Shown here: positions 52,049 through 64,000 of the stretch, piece by piece
Layout: each line of letters begins with the position of its first letter
Numbering within the stretch: the stretch's first letter is position 1
Assembly (NCBI GenBank): GCA_037379345.1
Contig: CM074521.1
Coordinates: forward strand, 8,556,001-8,620,000
Origin: Perna viridis
Lineage: Eukaryota
Reading direction: 5' to 3'
DNA: 64,000 nucleotides
The notes under the pieces: model-generated
Told to the model about the DNA's origin: nothing
Database searches by the model: none
Seen by the model: the letters and a program-made list of their open reading frames with translations, nothing else
Made by a program: the position numbers and the translations under genes

Positions 52049-54222
52049 GATGTAGCCTTTTTATGTGGTGGGTTCACATATTACAGAATTTGCATGATTC
52101 TTTCAAAGGCTGCTACTTAATTTGCCGAGTTAATTAAGCTGGGCCGTTACCAAATGTTACGACATGATACCGGCAACATCATATTTTAGATTATACTTCA
52201 TAATGCATATACAAAATTAGTATATTTTAATCTAAATATATGATATTAGAGACATATGTTGACATTTGTTTCAGTAATAGGAAAACTGGTGATATATATT
52301 TTTATATAAAAATCAGTATTGTCTTTGTAAAATTGCGTTAGTTTTTTCTTCCTTTCTAGATATTTTTTTATTATTAAACATAAGCAAAGCTGAAGAAAGT
52401 ACGTCGAAATCGAGCATTTGGTCCATATGACTACATAAATTTCCCGCTAAAATTACTTTATTTAAAGGCAAATTGCAAAAAAAAGCACAATTGGCGACCA
52501 TATTTTTTATTATATATTTCGATGTAATCTACTTAGAACTACTAGTGTGCGGAGATTTTAGCACATCTGGATATATGTCATTTGGTATCGCCCCATATTT
52601 TGGGGATAAAAGTTACGTAGTAAAATGTACATTATTGCAAAATTTAATAAAAGAAAATAGAAAGAAAAGAGAAGAAATGTCTACTTTTTATCATTGTAAA
52701 ACACTATCCCTATTCAATATATATGACCCTACATGTATTATGAGTTGAGTGGAATAAATAATTCTAGATGTGAATTTGAACACACTTGCTTCCTGTGCAT
52801 GCATAACTTGTAAATGTAGGACGTATACATGATCTTATTTAACCGATTATCAAACTATGAAAAATCTATTTGAAGTTTCATTATTGTTTTTACCGAATGT
52901 GCTCCGGAACTTACCAGCTCCTGCTTCGTAGATTCCAAGAATATCTTACTACATCCTTTGACACTCGGTTTTCCACTGTAGAAATTACAGGGCACGCGCG
53001 CATGATAGAGTTTGTATTCGGAATCCTTTTCTACCATCTCTAAACGCGTTTATAAACTGCTCTGATAACACGTTGCACGTGACCAGGTATGTAAGGCAAA
53101 CAAGGACGTAAATCAATTTAGTACAAGTTTTTTGTGAGAATTAGGCAAAATTAGAAATATTGAAACAAAGCATGTATGTCAAAAACCCACAATATAATAT
53201 TCCAAGAAGTCATCTTTCTAACATTGACACCGTATCACTGGGTACGTATGTTTGGAAAAAATCATTAGAAGGATTGATGTTTTTGACAAGGTAAGGGCCA
53301 TTGAAATGTTCGATTGCTAAATTGTTACAAAATGATGGGGAATTTCTTTTTATTCCTTGATCCTGATGGACCAATTAATCAAATTAAACTGTCAATCTAA
53401 TCATGCTGCACCTGGTGCCTGATTCTTACATAGACTGATCACGCTTCACTTTAAATATACTAAGTCCTTAAATCTAACAGGGATATTTAAATAAAGAGTT
53501 GTTTTAAAATCCGAAATTAGAAGGTCAGCGATTAAAAAATAAACAAAATGCGCTGGTCATTGATACTAGATTTAAATAAACAGGTTCGTATAGAGTGAAG
53601 TTTTGTGTCATTTTTACATTTTAGTTTTCAGTGTTGATAAACTTCCTGAATTGGATTATTACAATTCTGAAGCTGCAGAAAAATGTGTACAAATATATAA
53701 GTTGGATGAGACAGAACTAATTTTTTACTCCTTATTTGTACATTGCTCTTAGGACGCTTACCCCACCAATGTACCTTGTTCAAGCTCTCAGTTTTTAAGA
53801 GTTCGAGTTGCACATTTACTTTTCTTTCTTTGTACATTGCACGTGTTATTTTGGCTATTTCATGTTCTTTTCGGTGCGTGTCTGTATTCCCTGTCTTGAC
53901 GGTCTTTATCCAGATCCATGGTTAAATTATTTTGATTTCTGCATGAATTTAGGTGTCCCTTGATAATTCTCTTATTGATAAGATCAAACATGGTCCACTT
54001 TTATTTTTTTCCAAAGTAAAATGGTTACATGTATGGTCGTTGTTTCATGAATATCCTCACAGTATTTACTTATAAATTACAGAAGACAAACAAGGTTATA
54101 TAAAGTTACTCCAAGGTTTCCAAAATTTTATTTTGAAAATAAATGAATTAAATTAAATGCCACAGTAGTCCCTGAAGCAGGTATAGTTTGTAGCACTACT
54201 GGAGGTTTCTACTGAAAATAAT

Positions 54223-57200
54223 TCAGAAATCGAGTACGATTTCATCATCTTGGGGTTTATTAGTTCCAAGTCGACTTATTCTCTGTGTTTTTCTCTGCTC
54301 ATAGAAATTACTCTGTCTTTTCCATTTATCAATCTTCTCTTTCTTTTCTCGTTTGAAAAAGCCGCACTGAAAATTAAGAAAAAAAATATATTTGTTTGGG
54401 GAGAAATTAAAAATATATATATATATTTATTTGGGGGAATTAAAAATGTCAAAAATGACTAGTATAATTGTTTTAACCACCACATCTTTTATTTACACGT
54501 AGAAAAATGGCGCGCTACGCAAAATCACCTGCATGTATTTCGATCTCTAAAGAGGAGATCTCCCTTCCTACGAAACATTTGGGGACATGTTCAGCTAGTT
54601 CTCGTCCGACTATTCTCATATGAAACAGTAGTGAGTAGTCAGCGGGTGGACTAGCTTAACATGTTCGACATCCTTTTCAGTATTGATTTTAAACAATGTT
54701 TTTGTTTTTATAATACATGTAGTAGACAGGAAGAACAAACTGGGATCAGTACAACAGGTCTAGGCCTACAAAGAGGACGTCATAATAATCAATCATTACA
54801 TGTATTTTCACACGTAAAACTCTTGTCACAAAGTATATGATTCCAAAACCTATGAAGCCGTGAACCAGTTCCACTTACCTTCCAGAGGATGACACCGAGA
54901 AGGATGAAAACGACCAGTCCACCAATCACACTGCCGATTATCAACCAAAGATTGATCTCAGTCTCTGACGTCACAATCTCAGAAGGATAAACGGTACTTG
55001 AAATCTTAAAAAAAATATGTTTTTCATAAATTATGATATAGAATAGGTGTATCCACGTAAAAAAAGTTTTTATTTGGTATAAAATGAATTTGGTCCAAAC
55101 AATTTGAAAGATATTTTGTAAATTAAACGAAAACATACCGTAAACATATATTTACTTAAAAAAATATTTTTGACTTTTTAGAAGTCGTTTTAGCCAGGCA
55201 CCCCTGTCCCCTCTATCCCTATTTAGATGTTGGTTATCTAGGCACCCCTGTCCCCTCTATCCCTATTTAGATGTTGTTTATCTAGGCACCTCTGCCTTTC
55301 TACTCAATTTAGATGTTGTTTATCTAGGCACTTTTGCCTCTCTATCCACATTTAAATGTCGTTTATCAAGGCACCTCTGTCCCCTCTATCCCCATTTAGA
55401 TGTTGGTTATCTAGGCACCCCTGTCCCCTCTATCCCCATTTAGATGTCCTTTATCAAGGCACCTCTGCCTTTCTACTCAATTTAGATGTTGTTTATCTTG
55501 GCACTTTGACTCTCTATCCTATCAAAAGTTTGGCACCACAAGTGCCCGATTTCGGTCTATTGTACTCGGGATTACGTATAGTGTTAAAAACATAAATATT
55601 TTTGTCTTTTTTTAACCTATTAACAGATCTGGCATCTATAACATTTCCAGATGTCAATTTCGTAACCAGACATATAATCTCTTCCTAATTTGTATAATGG
55701 TCTTGTGCTGAGAATGGTTTTGAAATAGCTTGTTTTATTTGTTTGTTGGGGTTTAACATCCGAGCAGCATTGAAATAGCAAATATACCCCTATGCGCATG
55801 TCCATATGTCTATGTCTCTTTATGGGGAGCTATTTCACTACATTCTGAAATTTCTGTTCAGAAATATAATTTGCATCGAAAAGCTCAGAAAAGAAGAAAT
55901 ATATTTTTCAACAGTTTGTGTTTCAGCAAATATACCTGGGCTGTTGTATTCACTTGAAGTGAATCCGGAAATGCCGACTCAGTTGGTGTAATAGTTGCAT
56001 TCGTGTAGTATTGAAACTCGGGAATCTACAACATATTGCATTAATTTAAGTAGCAGTCTTTGTAAATATCAGGCAGGAGGTTATTCATGCATGCATGCCA
56101 AATCCCAACAAAGTCACTTTCAGTTTTATTTCTTATGCAGGAGAGAAGAAACAGACCACACAATCAGACTTAAGGAGGTTGACCTAGGGTTAGGGATACA
56201 ACTCTTACAAATGATTGGAATGCTTGTATTCAGCATTTTATATCAATCTCAAGCATCAAAGTAACCTGGATTGATTTCATTCTGTTTCAATCGAAATCTT
56301 GATAGGCTTTGATGAAAATGAATATGATACAAACATATGACTGATTTCAAGAGTTATGTCCCTTACTCTACAGGTCTACCTCCTTAATCGTTTAGTTGTA
56401 CTTTTGAGATAAAAAATATAAGGTTGTAAACAAAATAGGGCTCTTTGCAAGAGTTATTTTTCTTGATTTAGCTGCACTGATTCAGGAGGAAGATTCTTCC
56501 AAAATGCAGATCTACATGCAGAATGAACAATAGCTAGTGTTTCATAAAAAATATGGTGTACATGTATGTAAAAGAAAAAAAAACCCGTCTCTTTCTTTCT
56601 GCACCACGAATCACCTCTGCAATTAGTAGTGTATAAATTGTATATGCTGTACTTAAATGATGAAATAGAAATATCACGGAAAATTAAAATTACCAATGCT
56701 AAATAGATTTGATGATATTTCATACCCATTTAGGATTTTACTAAGCGGGCTTATATATTTCACTCACTTGCTGTAATTGAAAAGCGTGGAAATGACCGTT
56801 CGAAATTATTAAAGACCCCCGTTTCCAAGGTGAGGGTATATAATGCTAGAGGTGTTTGTCCTTCCGTCCATACATGTACTTCCTTCCTGCCTTTCTTCCG
56901 TTACAGCGGGGGGAATCTTATTCATTACTCCTCCTATACTACTGAATGAAATTAAATGAAACTTTCCCAGAATCTTCATCACATTTTCCCACTGTGCAAA
57001 ATTCTTCAAACAGGAGGTGAACATCGCTCGAGTTAATAATCGAATCCCATGATATGGCATACATGTACCTATATAAAGCTTCTGCCAAAGTTTCAAATTG
57101 TCGTGATAAGTTGTTGTAGAGAAAACTAATCAGTAACAAAAAAAATGCGGAAGGACGGACACCACACTAATTATATACTACCTGTTTCTAAAGCGGGGTA

Positions 57201-60200
57201 TAGTCAATTGAGAAAATAGCGTTTGATTAAAAAAAAAAAAAAAAACACTTACATTTTTTATTCTAATGACCGATTCCGTCAGTCTGACAACAATCTCCAT
57301 CTCCGTTTGTTGGTTTACCTCCAGGGTGAATATACGACATTCTATAATCACACATTTAGGATCCAGCATACTTGAACATACCTATAAATTCACAAAATAT
57401 ACCCAGGTAGATATCAGAAACAGCTCTGCTCTAAAGGAGTTAAGGCCCAAGTTTAAGGCATATACCTTACAAATCATTGATACGTTGTGCCAGTCATTTT
57501 ACATATGTCCCACGTAAGCATCATTCTAGCTCAAATAAATGCTTAACAGGCTTAATGAAATTGAATATGAAACAAACATATTAATGATTTGACAAGTTAT
57601 TCCTTACCCTAAGTCTACCTCCTTACATACATGTACACATGCACGCTACACTTATGGCCCCATAATTTTGTGTTGGTGTCGTATTTATAATTCATTTCCA
57701 CCAATTTAAATTTTTCGTCCGAGATTTTTTCATTACAAAACAGAAAGTCTGCACAATTGTACTTATGGAAAAAGGTAGTATTAATTCCAGAAGTTAGGTA
57801 CTATCAATGACAAAAGCCCTAGATTAACAACAAAATTTCCTTTTCGCAAATTGTATGTCAGTAAACAATGCTATCGAGTAAACAGCTCTTTTATCTACTT
57901 ACAGCTTGTGACTGAGAAGTTATTCCACTGCTTTGAACCTCCATTTGTGAGGGTCCACCAACATGTACTCCAGGTACTAACTTAATTGAACAGTTCGATC
58001 TGGTATCTCTTGAAATAACCTTAAAATATATTGCCATTCGTAATATTATTTGTGACATACATGTATGCATAAAACTAAGTGATATATCAAGTAACCTCTC
58101 CCTCGTTTTTATGATTATCAATTCACCATGACTTACCCCTAACGCAGGTTTTACGGTTCTAACGCCGCTTTTTCTAACGCCGGTGTTTTTTTTTTAATTT
58201 TCAGTCATTTTCCGAAAAAAATCAGTGGGTAGCCTAAATAAATTACTATGATTTTGACAATTTAGATAATATATATAGAGATATGAGCATTCGGTACTAC
58301 AACGGTCAAGATAAAAGCAGTTGCTTGTATTCAGTGGTAAATGTGTACCGTTTTCTCAATCATTTGTGAAAAGCAAATATAATCAAAGCGAATTTTGTCT
58401 TTTTTTATAGCTTTTTCACATTAAAACGGTCTGTCGTCACCCTAAAAGGCATACATGTACCAACACCCCTTTTGTTATCACTTAGTCTGCAGAGTTCTCA
58501 AATTTCCCATATTGCTATATTTTCATACAGCCTTGCTGGCCGAGTGGTCTAGTGTGCTGGAATTTGTGCAGGCGGTGTTTCTATATATGTCACAGCGGTA
58601 CGAATTCGAGCCCCGCGGAGGGAACGACCAAAAATTTGAATCGCAAATTTGACTGTTCTAACATCGTTGTGAATTTTTCAGAACTTTCTGTACGTTTACA
58701 TTATCTCCCTGTATGGAGCAGTGTAGCAAATAGAGTCGTCACATTCTGAGATGTATATATAGTACAAAACTACGCCTAAAAAGTCTCAAAAAACGCAGAT
58801 TTAAGAGAAAATCCAACTTGAAATGAATTGCCACCACGACAATTGTCAACCTCTCATCTTTTGCTCTATCTGAAACTAAAACCAGGATTTTATCTAAAGG
58901 TTTGAATTTCTGTCCTACTCCTAACAATGTAGACGAAGTTCAACTTGAAGATGACCTATACAAATTTGCTAGATTCTTCAGGCTCAAAGAACATTTTGCC
59001 AACAAACATGAAGACCAGGACATGGACCCTGACAGTTCTGACTCCGACCATGAAGAAAATGATCTACACACTCGAAAATTACAAAAAAGAAAAATCCATG
59101 GGCTCCTGAATCGAATACATGTGGCACGCTACAAAAAGGTCATTGACGAAATAAAATCAGATGTCAAACATTTATCCAACAACTACATTCCATCTTTCTT
59201 CAGTATCACGCCCGATGAGAAAAAAAGCAATACAGTCGTTGAAAAACCGTGACGATAGAGTTATAAAACCAGCAGACAAATGCAGTGCCATAGTAGTTAT
59301 GGATAACTACATCTCAGAAGCAATGCGTCAACTTTCGGATGAAAGATTTTATAAAAAGCTATCCAGGGACACTACTAAATCTTTTAGTGAAAAAATCACT
59401 TCAGATCTGAACAAAATGATCAAGGACGGCAGCATTACTGAAGAACAGTTAGAATACTTAAAACCAGGGTATCCAAGACCCGGACGTTTTTACCTTCTGC
59501 CTAAAATTCACAAAAAGATATCTCTGGACGGCCCATAGTTTCTGCTAATAGTCACCCAACCGAAAAAAATTTTGAATTTGTTGATTACCATCTCCGACCC
59601 CTTGTTAAAAAGTTCCCGTCATACTTAAAAGACATCACGGACTATATGAGGAAAATGGAATCAATGAATCCTTTACATGTACCTCCCGCAACACTTCTGC
59701 TCTCCCTTGATGTCATTTCACTCTATACTAATATCCCACACGATGACGGTATAAAAGCCTGCAGAGAAGCCTGGGAATCACGAGATACTTTGGACCCCCT
59801 ACTGACTGCCTAGTAAATTTACTCACCTTAGTTTTGAAGTGTAACAATGTCACTTTCAACGACAAACACTACCTCAAAATCAATGGTACAGCTATGGGAA
59901 CCAAAATGGCTCCTTCGTATGCTAACATCTTCATGGGTAAATTTCAATATCTTTATCGAAACCCCTCTCCTGGTTTCGATTCATCGATGATGTTGACATG
60001 AAAGTTAGACAATTTTATCACATATGCCAACAATGTTCATACATCAATCAAATTCACCCATGAAATTTCTGACACTAAAATCACATTTTTGGATACCACT
60101 ACGTTTGTTAAAGACGGGGAAATGTCAATGCATCTTCACAGCAAACCAACCGATAGTTTACCAATACTTATCTCTCAATTGTTGTCATCCAAAACATTGT

Positions 60201-63200
60201 ACTAAAAGTATACCATACAGCCAGGCACTTCGAATTCGGCACATTTGCTCCTGTGATGATACCACCAACAAACGTCTAGATGAACTCTGTGGTCTTTTGT
60301 TATCGCGTGGCTGTAAATCAACGGATATAGATAGGGGATTTGAACGAGATAACAACATCCTCGAGTACAAACCTAAGAAAAACAACAAAAGGCTTCCTTT
60401 TGTGCTTACATACCATCCAGCCTTCCAGCCTTTGGGAAACTCTCGCAGCTACTGCATTCAAATTGGGAAGACATTCAAAAACATACTAAGCTCTCCAAGC
60501 TCTTTCCTGGGGCCCGGTCCTGGCATTCCCTAGACCTAGGAGCCTAAGAGAAGCCCTAGTAAGAGTAGAGATTTCATCTCAGCCCGAACAAACTACAACG
60601 GGCCAGTGTCGACCATGTGGAGATAAAAGATGTAAGAACTGTACCCAGATACTGCACACCAAAACGTTTAAAAGCTACTGCACTGGACAGGAATTTGCCA
60701 TTTTTTCCGACGTGACTTGCAAAACCGAAAATACCATATATCTTCTCCAGTGCCGATGTGGTATGCAGTACGTTGGCGAAACAGAACAACCTTTCAACAG
60801 GCGTATGAATGGTCATCGCAGTGACTACAAATGCAAACCATACCTCCCTCTAAGTCGCCATATTAGATCCGCCGGACACACCCAGGAGGATCTCCACAAC
60901 ATTGTTTTTACGATCATAGAACATAATAAAACTGGTCAAAATGTATAAGAGTGTCTCGGGAATGCTTTTGGATGAAGAAATTACAAACAACTTCTCCAGA
61001 TGGAATAAACGAGAAATAATAATCCATTTTTAGGTTTAAGGCTGGTACAGCACTACATGTTATACATCAATACGCCGTACTACTATATTTTGATTTTTTT
61101 AAGTTGTTTTCCACAGTTAATTTTTTTTTAATTTTGATAAAAAGACCCCCTTTGTTATTTTCATTCAGGCTCCTTATCATTTGCTTATGTGTGCCTTTGA
61201 TAAAGGTACAATCACCCACAGCGTACGTGATTCAGTTTCTGAATCTGTTTTGATCTTGAACTTTATGAGTTTTATTCTGAAGAAGGATATCAGTTATCAG
61301 AAATATTCGATGTTAATTTTACCATCTTCTGGTGATGTTTAACATATTTAGACGTTTATTTAATATATTGTTATGTTTCACATCGTTTTTAATGATCCAT
61401 CACCCCGTAAGAGTGATTGATGACTATTATTTAGACGATTATATATATAATGTGCGTTTTGTCCATTAAAGATTTACAAGCATCGCTCTAACAAGAATAA
61501 TTGTGAAAAAATGAGGTTTCGTTTATTATTTTATTTTTTAATTTATTATTTTTTGTAACCAGAATTTATGGATGTGTAAAACCGGACCTTTCACTCACAA
61601 ATATCCTCATACGAAACTATTGGAACAGAAATAATTTGTATTATAAAAGGCATATGAAATATTTAATAAATGCGTTTTTGTTACAAAATAATAAGGTACA
61701 AGATAAAATAACGAATGATCACGAAACCACTGCAGTTGTAAGAGCATTGCTTGTAAGTCTTCATTGGGCAAAATGCACACCATTCACGGTTATTTTTTTT
61801 ATTTGTTTTTTTTTTTTGTTAAAATGTTTCTAATTTATTTATGGTACCTAATTTTGCTTTCAAAATGATACTGTTACAACTGTCATTGCAAGAATGCAAA
61901 ACCGTCAACCCAGCGTGAAATCAATATTCCGTTTTTTTGCAAAAATGAGAGAATGTATGGGAAATTTGAGAATTCTGCACACTAAATGCTGACATAAGGA
62001 ATGCCCGATATGCATTTAAGGATCACGACAAACCGTTTTGATGAGAAAAAGCTAAGAATGATACAAAATTTTGCTTACATTTGCTTTTCAGGAATGATAG
62101 AGAAAACGGTACACTTATGCCTCTGAATAAAAGCAACTGCTTTTAGCTTGATCATTGTAGCACCAAATGCTCATATTTCTATATAAATTAACAAAATTGT
62201 CACTCATATCAGAGAAATTTCCTTAGGCTATCCACTTATTTTCTCAGGAAATGACCATAAATTAACAAACACCGGTGTTTAAAAAACCATGAATCCGGCG
62301 TTGGAACCGTAAAACATGCGTTGTGCGTTAGACAAGGTGAATTTAATTTTTCAAAATTTGTGCGAAGAATAAATTCAGGTCCAAAGTATAGTTCGCAAAG
62401 TAACACACACATCACTGAAATATAGTCTATGCCACAAGAATGCAAATATCATACAAACGCAAAACGTACAATTATAATTGCTTATTTGGTATGCATTCAT
62501 TCCGATCAATATTGCTTCATGCCACTCTTTCATCAATAATTTACCTGGTACGCATTCATTCCAACCAGTACGGCTGCATTATCAAGAACGGCTGGTAGAG
62601 ATAATTGAATTTTAGCAGCAAATAATGGACTTGGTCCTTTGTTAATGACAGTATAAATGTGGGAGAATCGGAGGGTGGTATCTTCCATGGCAGATACAAC
62701 TGCTTGTTCTGGTCTGGTTACACTAGAAAAAACGTACCAATCTATATGATGACCATAGCAAAATACCTAGGTTTAAACTAGCTTTTAATAAATAGTTGAG
62801 AAGGGGTAAAAACATGAAAAGCAAATACTAATTTGTTCATGAATTCGAACTTCATCGGCAATGTAAGTGTGAAAAAGAAATTCAAAATCTGAAAGTTCCA
62901 TGTTGAATTCCACTGTGTGTAAGATATGCTTACAAGTGTCTGTGGTATGAATGTGCCTGAAACTTTACATTATCAACCAGATTGCTACTTTGGAAAGATC
63001 CAATTCATAATATTAACTGAAAAAGATATCAAAGATCTTGACGACTAATTTGTGTAAGAATCTTTTACTAGACAACGAAAAATTTACATGTTGGTCATTA
63101 CTGCTGGATTAAGTCAACGATTTTAGGAAGAATTAAAGAAAAGTCCTTACCCTGAAATGTCAACATCAGCAGAATACTGAACATTCTGAGTTATAATTCT

Positions 63201-63653
63201 TGCATTGTCTGCAGTATTGGCATCAATTCCACCAGATGAACCAATCACAGAGAGTGTAACATACGACAACAAGTCATTGTAACTTGTTGTTTGATTGGAC
63301 AAAACATCAGCAGTAACCCTGTACCGGAGACGAACTGACGCTGTTTGTTGTTGGTAGAAAGCATTGGGGAGGTCACAGCGAGCCACAGTAGTGTTGACGT
63401 TTTCAATCTGGGTCTGGCATGTGACGGCCACGGATAAAAGATCGAAAAGTACTGTGTAGCCCAGATAATTGGCATTCTTTGTGGTTATTCTGGCTATAAA
63501 CTGACCCCCAAAGGCTGGTTCACCAAGGTTTCTAACACTGACGGTAAAACTGTAGTCGACTGTCTGTCCATACAGGATGGGCTTATTTTCTTTTGATAGC
63601 GATATGACGAGATCAGGATTGCAAACTCCTACACAGTCCGTCTGGAAGCTTGC
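54223..63653 (-). CDS. Integrin alpha subunit, 3' part (calf-1, calf-2, TM, cytoplasmic tail); gene continues beyond the window
   Basis: Minus-strand exons 63653-63151, 62722-62545, 58019-57903, 57381-57253, 56025-55936, 55004-54879 and 54366-54223 have consistent phases. Motifs [54 protein letters not shown] and CGFFKR. Confidence 0.93.
55195..55520. repeat. About 42-bp intronic minisatellite (about 8 units)
   Basis: ggcacc.ctgtcccctctatccc.atttagatgttg.ttatcta units. Confidence 0.9.
56174..56383 (-). mobile_element. Kolobok-like MITE, copy 6
   Basis: ttaa|GGAGGTTGACCTAGGG...GGTCTACCTCC|ttaa. Confidence 0.85.
57436..57622 (-). mobile_element. Kolobok-like MITE, copy 7 (more diverged)
   Basis: Ends ccttaccctaagtctacctcc; internal sequence similar to the other copies. 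Confidence 0.7.
58529..58682 (+). mobile_element. tRNA-derived SINE head
   Basis: A-box TGGCCGAGTGGT (58538) and B-box-like ATTCGAGCCC (58604). No intact cloverleaf. Confidence 0.55.
58760..61330 (+). mobile_element. Penelope-like element (RT, Cys linker, GIY-YIG), frameshifted, antisense within an integrin intron
   Basis: [77 protein letters not shown]...RMNGH, DGINEK. Confidence 0.92.
61271..61316 (+). ncRNA. Degenerate minimal type I hammerhead ribozyme motif
   Basis: CTGAAGA-a-GGATA-tcagt-TATCa-GAAA-tat-tcg-atgt-t-aat in the 3' region of the Penelope-like element. Confidence 0.45.
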
Positions 63654-64000
63654 CTAAATAATAATATATCAATTACTATAACATACACATTGTATAAAAC
63701 ATTTTGTTTGAATTACCTAAGAAAAGTTTGATGTAAATCTCACCTGTTATATGGAGTATATTTTTTTTCAAACATTTTGCGAATTTGAATTAACTAAAAA
63801 CCGTTAAAGAAGGAAGCACCATAAACAAGAGGCGCATTCTTATAATGTGATTCTGAAATGTGAAATCAATCCGACGGAATTACATCCGTCCGCTATAAAA
63901 CATACAAAAATATGCAACGATAAGTAGTTACCCCTCCTGACAGAGTCGTTGGCAGGTCAATGTTGTGGTTAGGTGCAAGAGTACTACCGGAAGACTGCTG

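Noticed and set aside
58529-58620. tRNA gene
   Set aside because: A and B boxes are present but acceptor and anticodon stems cannot be formed; better explained as a SINE head.

Overview
AT-rich eukaryotic DNA with GT-AG introns. The repeat families and an NHL-type exon suggest a bivalve mollusc, probably mytilid-like (inference). Manual splicing recovers four host genes that the ORF track largely misses: two convergent paralogous PLP-dependent class I/II aminotransferases (+17235/17672..25537 and -42287..31328, with identical internal exon sizes), a 137-aa four-EF-hand protein between them (+27590..30844), and the 3' half of an integrin alpha gene (-63653..54223). There is also an orphan NHL/beta-propeller terminal exon (13229..13712). 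Mobile DNA includes an 8.5-kb decayed Ty3/Gypsy element (43268..51739), a Penelope-like element in an integrin intron, seven copies of a TTAA-type Kolobok-like MITE, other MITEs and SINE remnants. The most unusual signal is in the Gypsy element. It has an extra SGNH-hydrolase ORF ahead of gag and seven copies of a bulged hairpin, GTGAGA-(loop)-TCTCAT, whose flanking stems co-vary. The hairpins form two arrays, each beginning about 55-60 nt after a stop codon. A second recurring pattern is tandem duplication at splice sites of the host genes.
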